Assembly (NCBI GenBank): GCA_951406725.2 | Contig: OX597823.1 | Location: 83,390,001-83,454,000 of the forward strand | Direction of reading: 5' to 3' | DNA: 64,000 nt | DNA from: Octopus vulgaris | Taxonomy: Eukaryota | Shown here: piece by piece, positions 39,828-52,121 of the stretch | Layout of the letters: each line of letters starts with the position of its first letter | How positions within the stretch are numbered: position 1 is the stretch's first letter | Program-made: the position numbers and the translations under genes | Notes under the pieces: generated by a model | Seen by the model: only the letters and a program-made list of their open reading frames with translations | The model's database searches: none | What the model was told of the DNA's origin: nothing

Positions 39828-40546
39828 TTAGGGCGGCGAGCTGGCAGAATCATTAGTACGCCGGGCAAAATGTTTAGTGGTATTTCATCTGCTATTACAT
39901 TCTGAGTTCAAATTCCACCGAGGTCAACTTTGCCTTTCATCCTTTCAGGGTTGATTAAATAAGTATCAGTTACGTACTGGGGTCAATATATTCGACTTAA
40001 TCCCTTTGTTTGTCCCCTCTATGTGTAGCCCCCTGTGGGCAATGAAGAAATATATATGCATATATACGATGGCCTTCTTTCAGTTTCCGTCTACCAAATC
40101 CACTCACAAGGCCTGAGGCTATATAGAAGACACTTACCCAAGGTACACGCAGTGGGAATGAACCTGGAACCATGTGGTTGGTAAGCAAGCTACTTACCAC
40201 ACAGCCACTCCTGCACCATAAAAAAACAAAAAATATTTATTTGACTAATTCCATCCAAATTCTTGATTATTTTCTTAACTAGTAGAGACTTGTGGATTTA
40301 CAGCGTGTTAAAGAATAAACCTAACATTTCTTCTGTGTGTCATAGAAGGTAACTGCAAGAGGTTCGGGTAGGATTTGGACTCTGACCTTGTAAAACCCTC
40401 ACCACCAATGAATACCCAAACAGACCCATGGATTGGAGGGTCATTTGCTGAGTGGTGCAAAGATGTCATCCACTGGGAGCAGGGAATCACCAACAGACAG
40501 TGGATGTAGCAATGTACTGTTACAGCTCAATTCCCCCATACTACTA

Positions 40547-40579
<33 letters not shown>

Positions 40580-41477
40580 GCTGCTGCTGCTACTGCTGCT
40601 GCTACTGCTGCTGCTTCTGTTGCTGCTGCTTCTGCTGCTGTTGTTGTCGAAAGCAAGTTGTTGTTAAGCAACAAGATGGGTAAGGGTGATTAGGTGATAG
40701 TCTAGGGTTTAGGGGTAGGAGACCCCAGAACTTGGAAAAAAAAAAAACTTTGGTCATCTTTAGTCGAGGGCTCTTCATTGACACCCGACACCACTGGGGG
40801 AGGGTGGCCCTCGAAGTTGCTGGAAATGGAGATCGCCAGTCCAAATTCTTGAATGGCTGCTGCTGCTGTCACCACCACCGCCACCACCACCACCACCACC
40901 TCTACCACTACTAATAATAATATTTCAGTGACATACTTGCCAGGTAAGTGGTTTCATCTGAGACCATGAGTTAAGACTAAAGCAATTACAACATGGAAAA
41001 TAAAGACTGTTAACTTCAGTTAAACATTTATAATTTCGAAAGATACAAATAACATGATAATTTATTTCCGAATAAAGAAATGCCGTTAGAACAGCAAAAA
41101 TATTGGGTAAGTTACCCTTACAAAGTGGAGAAGTTGACAAATTTTTCCACTTTGTGGGGGTAATTTATCCAATATTTCTGTGGTTCTAATGGCATTTCTG
41201 TGTTTGGAAATAAATTATCATCTTGTTTGTATCTTACAAGACACACTTCAACACTTATAAAAAACAAATGTTGGTTTGTTTATATTTATAGGTGTAGGGG
41301 TAGGTGTATGGTAAGAAGCTTGCTTCCCAGCTACATGATTACGGGTTCAGTCCCACTGTGTGGCACCATGGGCAAGTGTCTTCTATTACAGCCTAGGGCT
41401 GACCAAATCCCTGTGAGTGGATTTGGCCAACAGAAACTGAAAAAAGCCTGTCATATATATATATATATATATATATC

Positions 41478-42405
41478 GTATGCTCCGATGGATGTGTAAT
41501 GTCAGTGTGCATGCTCGACAGAGCGTTAGTACCCTGAGAGAAATGTTGGACCTAAGGAGCATCAATTGTGGTGTGCAAGAGAGACGATTGCGCTGGTATG
41601 GTCATGTGGCGAGAATGGATGAAGATAGGTGTGTGAAAAAGTGCCAATCCCTAGCAGTGGAGGGAACCCGTGGAAGAAGTAGACCCAGGAAAACCTGGGA
41701 CGAGGTGGTGAAGCACGACCTTCGAACCTTGGGTCTCACTGAAGAAATGACCAGCGACCGAGACCTTTGGAAATATACTGTGCATGAGAAGACCAGGCAG
41801 GACAAGTGAGTCCAGCCCACTTATGCATGCCTTTCCCCCCTTGGACACGCAAAGACCTGTTGAGGCAAGCGAAGTCGATATCGAACCTCATCCGACGACA
41901 GGCACCTATGCCAACCCCCCTTTGCTTGCGAAGACCAGTTGGGGCAAGTGAAATCGAAATCGAAATTGGAATCGAAATTGAACCAATCCTATGACTGGCA
42001 CCTGGCAGATGCCAGGACCCCTAGACTGGAGATACGTAAAAAGCACTATCCGAATCATGGCCATTGCCAGCGCCGCCTTGACTGGCTTCCGTGTCGGTGG
42101 CACGTAAAAAGCACCATCCGAATCATGGCCAAAGCCAGTGCCGCCTCGACTGGCTTCCGTGCAGGTGGCACGTAAAATGCACCAATCCGACCGTGGCCGA
42201 TGCCAGCCTCGCCTGGCACCAGTGCAGGTGGCACGTAAAAAGCACCCACTACACTCACGGAGTGGTTGGCGTTAGGAAGGGCATCCAGCTGTAGAAACAT
42301 TGCCAGATAAGACCGGAGCCTGGTGCAGCCTTCTGGCTTCCCAGATCCCCGGTCGAACCGTCCAACCCATGCTAGCATGGAGAACGGACGTTAAATGATG
42401 ATGCT
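41478..42405 (+). mobile_element. 5'-truncated RTE-clade LINE (ORF C-terminus, 3' UTR with ~57-nt subrepeats, (GAT)n tail)
   Basis: ORF 41480..41809 reads LRWMCNVS...RRLRWYGHVARM...GTRGRSRPRKTW, the typical RTE C-terminus. Confidence 0.9.
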
Positions 42406-42652
42406 GATATATATATATATATATTGTGCGTGTGCGTGTATTGGCATCTGTACTGGTGGCATGTAAATGCACCCCAGTATCACACAAATGGCATCCATGC
42501 CATTACACTCTTAGAGTGGTTGGCGTTAGGAAGGGCATCCAGCCATAGAAAACCATGCCAAATCAGACTGGTTCGTACAGCCTTCCAGTGTGCCAGCCCA
42601 GTCAAACCATCCAACTCATGCCAACATGGACAATACACATTAAATGATGATA

Positions 42653-42684
<32 letters not shown>

Positions 42685-43364
42685 GATGCTGATGCTGATG
42701 GTGATGACGATAATGGTGATGATGATGTGTGTGTATTTGTGGGTCTGTGATTGCCTCCCAAACCATCGCTTGACAACTGATGCTGGTGTGCTTACGTTCC
42801 CCGTAACTTAACGGTTCAGCAAAAGAGACCAATAGAATGAGTACTAAGTTTACAAAGAATATGTCCTGGGAGGTCGATTTGGTCGACCAAAGATGGTACT
42901 CCAGACACATCAACAAAAAGGAAAAAGAGGTAGTGGTAAAGGTGGTGATGATAACAGTCATGGGAATGGTGGTGACAGTGGTGATAGCAGTGATAGTGAC
43001 AGTGGAGGAGGTGGTGGTGGTAGTGGTGACGGCAGCAACAGCAGCAGCAACGGTGGTGGTGGCAATAGCGGTGATGGTGGTGGTGGGAACGGTGGTGATG
43101 GTGGTGGTGGCGATGGTGGTATTGGCGGTAATAGTGGTGGTGGTGATGGTAGAAATTGTAGAAGAAGAATCATGTATGAATTGTTTCTACCCAATTAACA
43201 CAAAATGCAACTTTGACTATTGCTCTCAGCTATGGTCACCATCCAGTGTCAAGTTAATCACAGAACTTGAGGCGATCCAACGAAGCTACATGAAGAAGAT
43301 AGCCTCTGTGCAGCATATAAACTACTGGGAAAGACTTAAGAGATTAAGACTCTATTCCTTAGAG

Positions 43365-46243
43365 CAGGGGTCCCCAAAGTACGGCCCGCGGGCCGGATTC
43401 GGCCCGCCAAGGTTTTTAATCCGGCCCGCCGAGCTGTCCTCCAAAATTATAAAACAAATGTCGAAAAACAAGCCTTGCCGAAATCATACAAAAACAAATA
43501 TACTTTACACCCCTTTTAATACGTTTGACAAATATAGTACAGCAAATAGACGCAAGACGACGCTAATTGATTTGCCATCAATTAATGTCTTTAAATTGCG
43601 CCGGCGAATTAAAAATTTATACACTAAACTTTAGTGTAAATATAGGTTCTTTTCCACTCCCCCGTTTTAACTGACCCATCAGAACCACCATAAAATGAAT
43701 TAACTTCGCTATGGAGCTACCTATCATTCATCTTAGATAATAGGCGATTGTCAGTGAGATGGATGGTGCTGCTTACAATGAAGCAGAGATTCAATTTCTA
43801 GCTTTATTGATGTCGCAGAAAAGTCAACCTATTCCGTCAACTGTCGAGAGAGCAGATACGACAAGTATGACGTTAATAAAAGTCCCGTGCCTAGTATAAT
43901 AAAAGAAGACAAATATCGATTTATCGATGTTACCTACATCTCACGAGCGATGAATAGAGAGGGTTGAGCCTGACGTTGTGTGGTGGTTTCTAATCCTGGT
44001 GCAGTCCCCAATCAGCGTGGAGTAAAGTTCGATGCGCATTCCGTCAGTCAGCACAGACTTGGCGTTTTCGTTGTGCACAAGTGTGAGTCATTTGTCGTCG
44101 TCGCTGCCGAAGTGAATGCACGTATCGAGTGACCTGTGAATATTGTTTTTACTTGTTTCGTCCTTTTACATATATCGTCGAGCAAAATCTGTCGACCCAT
44201 GGTAAAAATGTTAGCTCAAGGAAGAAAACGAAAAATCGACTCTGAGTGTAGAGTTTTTAAGGAACAATGGAACATAGACTATTTTGTCATAGAGTCAAAC
44301 AACAAGGCACTATGCGTTATATGCACCGACACAATTGCAGTACTTAAAGAGTACAACATTCGGAGACATTATGAAAAAAAGCATTCATCACAGTACTACC
44401 AATTCATTGGACAGCTACGTAAAGAGAAATTTGAGAAATTAAAGAAGAATTTATCATCAATGCAGTTTGTTTTCAAGAAGAAGGCTGTAGAAAAAGAGAG
44501 AGCAACAAGAGCAAGCTTCCATGTTGCTAACCTTTTGGCGAAGAAAGGTAAGCCATTTACAGATGGTGAACTTATTAAAAAGTGCTTGAATGAGGTAGCT
44601 AAGGAAATGTGTCCAGAAAACGTAGATTTATTTTCCGCAATTAGTCTTTCTGCGAACACTGTTGCTCGTAGGGTTGAACATATTGAAAGAAATATTAAAT
44701 CACAGCTAAAAGACAAAGCCAGCAAGTTTGTATGCTTTTCTGTTGCACTTGATGAGTCAATTGATGTATCAGACACATCCCAATTGTTATTGTTCATCAG
44801 AGGAATAAATGCCAATTTTGAGATTACTGAGGAACTTGTATCTGTGCACAGCATGCATGGAACAACAACAGGCATAGATATTTTTAGAGAAGTGGAAAAG
44901 TCAGTGGCTGAGTATAATTTGGAATGGAAAAAACTAAAATGCATAACAACAGATGGTGGCAGAAATATGTGTGGAACCAAAAGCATCGGGCTTAGTTGGG
45001 CAAATTAACAAATACGTAATTGAGAATTCCCAAGATGCCACGCAGTGGATTGAAACCTTTCCTGGTATTGCATTGTATTCTTCATCAGCAAGCACTGTGT
45101 GGAAAGCATCTTGATTTATCATCTGTATTAGATCCTGTGATTTCCACTGTTAACTACATAAGATCTCATGGACTCAAACATCGCCAATTTTGTGATTTCT
45201 AGGAGGAAATGAATGCTGAGTTTCCAGACCTACCTTACTATACTTCAGTAAGATGGCTTAGCTATGGAAAAATTCTGGCTAGATTTTTTGAGCTTCGAAC
45301 TGAAATTGAAATATTTTTAAATGAGAAAAACCATTCACAGGTGTTGCTCAAAGACAGTGAATGGCTCTGGAAATTAGCATTTTCAGCCGATTTAACTATG
45401 CATCTCAATGATTTCAACCTACGGATACAAGGTGAAACTTCACTCATCTGTGATTTGTACTCAAAGGTGAAAGCTTTTCGTAAGAAATTAATACTATTTG
45501 AAAGTCAGTTAACAAGAAGCTGCTTTACTCATTTTTCACGATGTGACAAATATACACAGGAAGCTGCCACTCCATTTCCAAACTTGTTTGCTCAAGATGT
45601 CATTTTAGCTTTGAAACAACAGTTTGAAGAACGTTTTTCTGATCTTGATGCATGTTCTTCAAAACTAAGAATTTTTGAAAATCCATTTAACTCTGTTATT
45701 GGAGACTTACCTTCTGAGTTACAAATGGAAGTTATTGATTTGCAATCCAATGACATCCTGAAGGACAAATATAAAGAGGGAAATTTGATTGAATTCTACA
45801 AATGCCTTCCATCCGACCAATTTCTTCATTTAAGGAGGTTTGCCTGTGAATTCATTTCAGTTTTTGGCACCACATATTTGTGTGAGAAGACTTTTTCAAA
45901 GATGAAATACACAAAATCCTGCTACAGATCACAATTGTCTGATGAACATTTAAATGCATTGCTTGTTATTGGAACCACTCATTTTGAACCTCAGTTGGAC
46001 AAAATTTTGTCAGAAATGAAACAATTTCATGTTTCCCCTATTGATCAAAGTTAAAAAAAACATGTTAATTGTTACTGATATTATATACATTGTGATTATG
46101 TACTGAATAAATAACCTTTTTTAATTATTAATTCACTATTTATTTATATTATTTTGGTAAAATAAATAATTTAGAACCTTGGCCCCCGTAGCTTTAAAAA
46201 TTCAGCAATGTGGCCCTCCGCTGGAAAACTTTGGAGACCCCTG
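43365..46243 (+). mobile_element. Full-length Buster/Charlie-type hAT DNA transposon (2879 bp)
   Basis: 16-bp TIRs CAGGGGTCCCCAAAGT / CAGGGGTCTCCAAAGT (1 mismatch). 8-bp TSD CCTTAGAG (43357-64 and 46244-51) with central TA. GGCCCG subterminal repeats. Confidence 0.95.
44199..46054 (+). pseudogene. hAT (GTF2IRD2/SPIN/Charlie-like) transposase, disrupted
   Basis: BED-like finger CVIC...RRHYEKKH and motifs ALDES, TTDGG, HCILHQQALC, VRWLS, TTYLCEKTFS. Frameshifts at ~44985 and 45031..45046, and an in-frame TAG at 45200. Confidence 0.9.
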
Positions 46244-47049
46244 CCTTAGAGCGTAGGCAAGAAAGATATGCCATAATATACATCTGGAAGATCCTAGAAG
46301 GACTTGTCCCAAACTTTGGCATCGAGAGTTACACAAATGCCAGAACTGGACGCCACTGCATAGTGCCAAGGACACCAAATTTGCCATCAAGATGTAGGAC
46401 AAGATACTGTGATAGCCTGGGCTTCAGAGGCCCACAGCTCTTCAATATCCTCCCGAAGAACCTGAGAGACCTGCATAGGGTGGATGCAGATGTCTTTAAA
46501 ATAAAACTGGATCTCTTCTTGTCAGGTGTCCCAGATGAACCAACTTCATGGCAGGAGGTGCAGATTAGGGCAGCTGCATCGAACTCTCTCATGCACCAAA
46601 TGGCAATTGCTACAAAGCATTCGTGAAGTAAAATCATGTAGCAACACTGGATGGCGGTGCCCCAGCATGGCCACAGCTTGTGAGCTGAAACTAGATAAAG
46701 ATAAAGATAAAGAAGATTATCCGCTCACGAAATTATTCCCATTCATTTGTTACCAGCAGAACAGAACTAACGAAATGGCAAAGATATCTCTGACTGTTAG
46801 AGAACAGGTATAGCTAATCAGATCAACCCTACTACCCCACCAAACATTTATTAGAGTCACGAGGTGTGGATTACAATGTTAACTTTGGAAAAGTAGTCTC
46901 ACTGTCTATCAATAAAGCCTTGGTTGTAAAGTGAGATTCTAAACCTCACCCATCTGCTTGTACTGAACCATGGTGGCTGATTGCTGTTACACAAAATATC
47001 ATAGGCAGAAATGCTTGTTTCACATCCTGTATGGCACTTCTCTTGAACG

Positions 47050-47199
47050 TGGTTGTGTGGTAAGTAGCTTGCTTACCAAGCACATGGTTTCAGGTTCAGT
47101 CCCACTGCGTGGCACCTTGGGCAAGTGTATTCTACTATAGCCTCAGGCCGACCAAAGTCTTGTGAGTAGATTTAGTAGACGGAAACTGAAAGAAGCCCT

Positions 47200-47241
<42 letters not shown>

Positions 47242-47463
47242 AGTGTGTGCATGCCTTTGTGTCTGTGTTTGTCTTCCCACCATCGCTTGACAACCAATGC
47301 CAGTGTGTTTACATCCCTGTAACTTAGCAGTTCAGCAAAAGGGCCCAATAAAATAAGTACTAGGCTTACAAAGTGTAAGTCCTGGGGTCAATTTGCTCGA
47401 CTAAAGGTGGTGCTCCACCATGGCCACAGTTAAATGACTGAAATAAATAAAAGAATAAAAGAA
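47050..47463 (+). mobile_element. SINE family A
   Basis: Complete copy with central (TA)n. Confidence 0.85.
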
Positions 47464-47789
47464 CTCTACAGTATATCTAAAAGAAGCTAATGCTGATTTC
47501 AAATTTTTGCACAAGGCCAGCAATTTCGGTGGATTAAGTAAGTCAATTACATCAACCCCTGTGCTCAACAGGCGTCGTCGTCGTTTAAACGTCCGCTTTC
47601 CATGCTAGCATGGGTTAGACGGTTTGACTGTGGGCTGGCAAACCAGATGGTTGCACCAGGCTCCAGTCTTGACCTGGACAGAGTTTCTACAGCTGGATGC
47701 CCTTCCTAACGCCAACCACTCCGAGAGTGTAGTGGGTGCTTTTACATACCACCGGCACGGGGCCAGTCAGGCGGTACTGACAACGACCT

Positions 47790-49070
47790 CATTGTGTACA
47801 GTACTCAGGTGCACTACAACTCATCTAAAGTGTATGTATAGTACATAGGGTAATGTACAAGTGTCAGGAAAAGAACAGTGCATGAGTCATGACATACACA
47901 TATGTGTATGAGTATGTAAGGGGGACAATCAGGTGTAGTTTCGGCGGATTTCGGAAAGCATGAGGGCCTTAAAGGATGCAGTGTCATGGCAGTCAACAAC
48001 TGACGCAGGCAGTTTGTTCCATGCTTCAGCAACTCTGAGCGTGAAAAAATGTTTCTGAAAGTCATGGGAGCTGTGCTGTTTTCTGACTTTGTAGGCATGT
48101 CCACGTGTGTTGGACACATGGAGATCAAAAAGGTATTCAGTGTTGTTGTTGGTGAGGTGGTTGATAACTTTGTGGGTGTTTACCAAGTCCATCGCCAGAC
48201 GCCGGAGCTTCAGTGAATCCATGCCCAGGGAAACAAGGCACTCAGAGTATGGTAGGTGTCTGATGGAGGGTATGCGTTTGGTTGCACGTCTCTGAACAGA
48301 TTCCAGGAGGTCAATGTTCTGAGCAAGATAGGGGTTCCAAACTGATGATGTGAATTACAAGTGTGGTCGTACCATAGCTGTATACAGCTTTAAATAGATG
48401 GCTGGAGAGCGGCTAACAAAAGTCTTGCTGAGTGATGCCAAGACTCCCTCGGCCTTCTTGACAATTTTAGAGATATGCTTTGTCCAACGGAAATCACTGC
48501 TGACAGTGATGCCTAGGTCACGCTCGCAAGAGGATTTCTTGATATCAGTGTTGTGGAGGGAGTATGTGGACGCAGGGTTTTTTCTCCCAAAATGCATGGT
48601 GGTACACTTGTCCACAGCCAGTTTCATTTACCAGTCTGTGATCCATTGCTGCACTGTGTCCAGGTTTGATTGCAGGAAAGAGTTGTAGACATCAGGATCT
48701 GTCCTCTTGATTTCAAGGTACAGCTTGATGTCGTCTGCATATTTCAATACTGTGACATTCTTTAAATTGGCATCTATGTCATTAATGTATGCCACAAACA
48801 AGAGGGTACCAAGAACAGATCCCTGTGGTACACCCGATGACATCTCATATGGTGTAGAATGCTGTCCTAGAACTGTGACTACCTCCTTTCGGCTGAGAAT
48901 GAAGGATTTCAACCAGTTAAAAAGATCATCCCTCACACCCATATCAGAGAGTTTCATAAGCCTTTTGTGAGGCACAGAATTAAAAGCCTTAGCAAAGTCA
49001 AGGTAGACAACATCCACCCATGAGCCACTGTCAGTGATCTGAGTAATGTCCTCAAGGAACTCGACAAGCT
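47790..49070 (-). mobile_element. 5'-truncated CR1/L2-group LINE with reverse transcriptase domain (disrupted)
   Basis: DVVYLDFAKAF, SGVPQGSVLG, KYADDIKLY, ERDLGITVSSD and TRGHAYK in successive ORF pieces, broken by a frameshift and stops. Confidence 0.92.
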
Positions 49071-49309
49071 GATCACTGCAGCATAGTGGTTACGAGTGTG
49101 GGCTACTAACCCCAAGATTCCAAGTTCGATTTCAAGCAGTGACCTGAACAACAACAGCAAGAACATCAAAAAATACCTTAGGAATGAGAACCTAGGTTTG
49201 AAATTTCCCTAAGACACCTCTTGAAGGCTGGAGGGTATATCAGCCAAAACATATTAACAACAAACAAGATGAGGACAAATATTCGTCAAATGTAAATAAT
49301 GTAAATAAT

Positions 49310-49525
49310 TTATTCTTATTCTAGCAGCTACACTTTCAGAGCATCCACCCCCACTACTGACTTGGTCACCTAGGTAGTGGAAGCTATTAACTACTTGTAG
49401 TTTTTCCCCTTGGAATGTGACGGAAGCTGTTCTCTGCACATTTTCAGTGTTTATTGCTCCTGAGCATTTGCCACACACAAAAACTATCTTCCCAGTTAGC
49501 CTTCCTTTGATATTGCTGCACCATA
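49310..49525 (-). mobile_element. RTE-type LINE internal fragment
   Basis: GEKLQVVNSFHYLGDQVSSGGGCSESVAARI (F-x-YLG region after the RT core). Confidence 0.7.
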
Positions 49526-49865
49526 GATCTGGTCAGTGGCCCTCAACAGGATGTCCCATAGAAACCTCCTGTTGTCTTCCACATCATGTGATGCTATATC
49601 CCCCTCTATTTTGTTAAAAGCTTCCAGTAATCTCTAAATCTGTGTCCATTTGCAGAATCCTTAAGCTTCCAGACCCTTCTCCTCCATGCTGGTCATCTTC
49701 TGGGTATCCATTTAGCCCTGATCCTGAAGTTGCTAACCACAACATAGATTAGTTGTGGAGTGCATTCTTCATGTGGGAAGGTTTTGGCATTTATAAGTAG
49801 CCATCTTTTCCATTTCCTGGTGAGGATGTAGTCAATTTAACTAGTGCACCTGTCATGTGTGTGCA

Positions 49866-49911
<46 letters not shown>

Positions 49912-49987
49912 CAAAATGTGACCGTGTGTGTACCATTGGCGATTTTTTTCCTCTGTCTTCCCTTCCTGGGATCTTTCCTTTTCCTAT

Positions 49988-50022
49988 GTTTCTGACGAAG
50001 AGCTCCGCTTGAAACGTTAAAT
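49988..50022 (+). ncRNA. Minimal type I hammerhead ribozyme (Penelope-type)
   Basis: gttt-CTGACGA-a-GAGC-tcc-GCTT-GAAACGT-T-aaat. Intact core, palindromic ACGT stem III, GUU triplet. It lies in a repeat also present, mutated, at 39472..39682. Confidence 0.7.
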
Positions 50023-50120
50023 CCTCCTTCTTTCTTTCCTTTCCTGAGCATCCAATAACACTATACTTGTTCCACATCCTCGCATTCTTGTGTTTTCTCT
50101 TTGTGTTAGCATGTCTGGAT

Positions 50121-50163
<43 letters not shown>

Positions 50164-50259
50164 ATATATATATATATATAAAAGGTGGTGCTCCAGCATG
50201 GCCGCAGTCAAATGACTGAAACAAGTAAAAGAGAGAAAAAGAGAGTATATGTATGTATG

Positions 50260-50304
<45 letters not shown>

Positions 50305-50340
50305 ATGTCTGTATGTTTCATATATATGTATATGTATATA

Positions 50341-51180
50341 GTCAATCAAATCCACTGCCAGGGACATGGGAGTGTCTGAGTTTCTTATCAGGCAGATAGT
50401 GCATGAAGGCATTCAGTATTCCTCATACAAAATGGAAAAAGGGCAAATGTTTATATCCCAAGCCATCAAGGACAAGAGGAAAGACTGAGCTACGAATCTT
50501 TTGAACAAACTCAAGTATCCCCTCCAACTGAACATGCTCTTTGGTTTTTCTCAGATGGGAAAAATTTCTGTCAGGATTAGATGGTGAACACACAGAAGAA
50601 CTGTTGGCTTGCCATGTCCCCAAAACATGTACCGAGAGTGAGAAAAATCAAACATCTAGTCACAGTGCTTGTAGTGATCACTAGTGATGGTAACGTTATG
50701 CTTCGATTCATCTTCCCACATGGCTTAAGACTCAACATGGAGGTCTACATCAAGTACCTGTAGGAGGTAGTGCTGCTGGAACACCCCTATGTCTGGCAAC
50801 AAGATTCTGCATCTTGACACACAAGCAGGAGAAACCATCCATGACTGCGAGACAATTTCTGCAACCACACCACCCCTCACATCTGGCCACCTTACTCCCT
50901 AGACAGCAACCCACTTCATTATTATGTATGGAGCACAGTTGAACAAGAGACCATCAAAACTCCTTTTAACACCAAAGATGAACTGAAGGCAAGGATTAAG
51001 GCAGCATTCACCAGCTTAAACAAGGAGACCATCTAGAAGAGCTGCAAAAGATTCCAAAGTCGTCTGGAGGCCATGGTTGAAGCCAATAGCAATTTTTTTT
51101 AATAAATTTACTCTTTAGTATTTCAAGATATTTTTATGTAATTTTGGTAAATATATCTGTTAAAATGAGATGTCAGTGTT
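50341..51180 (+). mobile_element. Decayed maT/Tc1-like transposase relic
   Basis: Similar to 25733..26947 (VITSDGNVMLRFIFPHGLRLN, WQQDSA, IWPP). Many stops. Confidence 0.7.
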
Positions 51181-51572
51181 ATTATAAAACTGACAGAGGT
51201 AATTGAGTTTAATGCTAGATGTTAAGAGGATTAAGATGGTTTACATCAAAATCCAAAATTGCAATCCAGCTACGTACGCTTGGGACTTAACTCCCTTTGT
51301 CGGTCATTAAGACAGTGCTTTTGTGGTTCTAATCGCTAATAAGCCACCTTTTTTAATTTTAATTATGGTATATACATATATATATATATATGGGGTAGCT
51401 ATATCAAACTCCATTCTTCACCAAGTGCCACATATTGGAGGGGGCTCTTAGTAATAACAGTGTAGCACAGAGCGGTGGTGCATCAGCATGGCCGCAGCTC
51501 TGAGCGTCCAATAATACTATATTTGTTCCACGTCCTCGCGTTGTTGTGTTTTTTGTGCTTTCATGTTTGGAT

Positions 51573-51622
<50 letters not shown>

Positions 51623-51940
51623 CACACACACACACATATATCCTGACAATTATTGGCATTTTGCATCCACTTACAATGAAAAAACAAAATGATGCGCTCA
51701 AACATGTAATTTTGGGACTGGTCTTTATAGCCGGATATATCCATCTTGTCCTTCCTACCACTAAGCCTTTTATAGATTGTACAAGCTGTTCATTATTATA
51801 TCATAAGTATTAAGAGACAAACCGTCATTTCCTTCACATGATCAAAGCATTCTTCATTGCTTCCACCTGTTCACTGACGACTGTAAAGGAAGTAGTGGGT
51901 GCCTTTGACTGTGACATCAGCAGTGAATGAATGTTTGTGG

Positions 51941-51978
<38 letters not shown>

Positions 51979-52088
51979 TATGTATATATGGGGTGGGGGT
52001 GTCAGTATCAGATTAAGACCCATAGAGGCCTTAAGTGCTTAAAAGATTTTGGTGCCCCATATATATCTAATTCAAAATATTAACAATA

Positions 52089-52121
<33 letters not shown>

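Larger units (their letters stand above)
43211..46715 (+). mobile_element. 5'-truncated CR1/L2-group LINE interrupted by a hAT transposon
   Basis: FDYCSQLWSP...LEAIQRSY...YWERLKRLRLYSLE continues after the hAT as RRQERYAIIYIWKIL...GPQLFNILP...VPDEP. Ends in ggcggtgccccagcatggcc...(gataaa)n. Confidence 0.85.

Noticed and set aside
41990-42260. CRISPR-like repeats (ggtggcacgtaaaaagcacc with ~35-nt intervals; also 20100..20370 and 52530..52760)
   Set aside because: The intervals resemble one another, the array is the 3' UTR of an RTE LINE, the context is eukaryotic and there are no cas genes.
42893-43198. Gly-rich ORF
   Set aside because: Starts within a SINE tail and runs through the GGT-rich duplicate.
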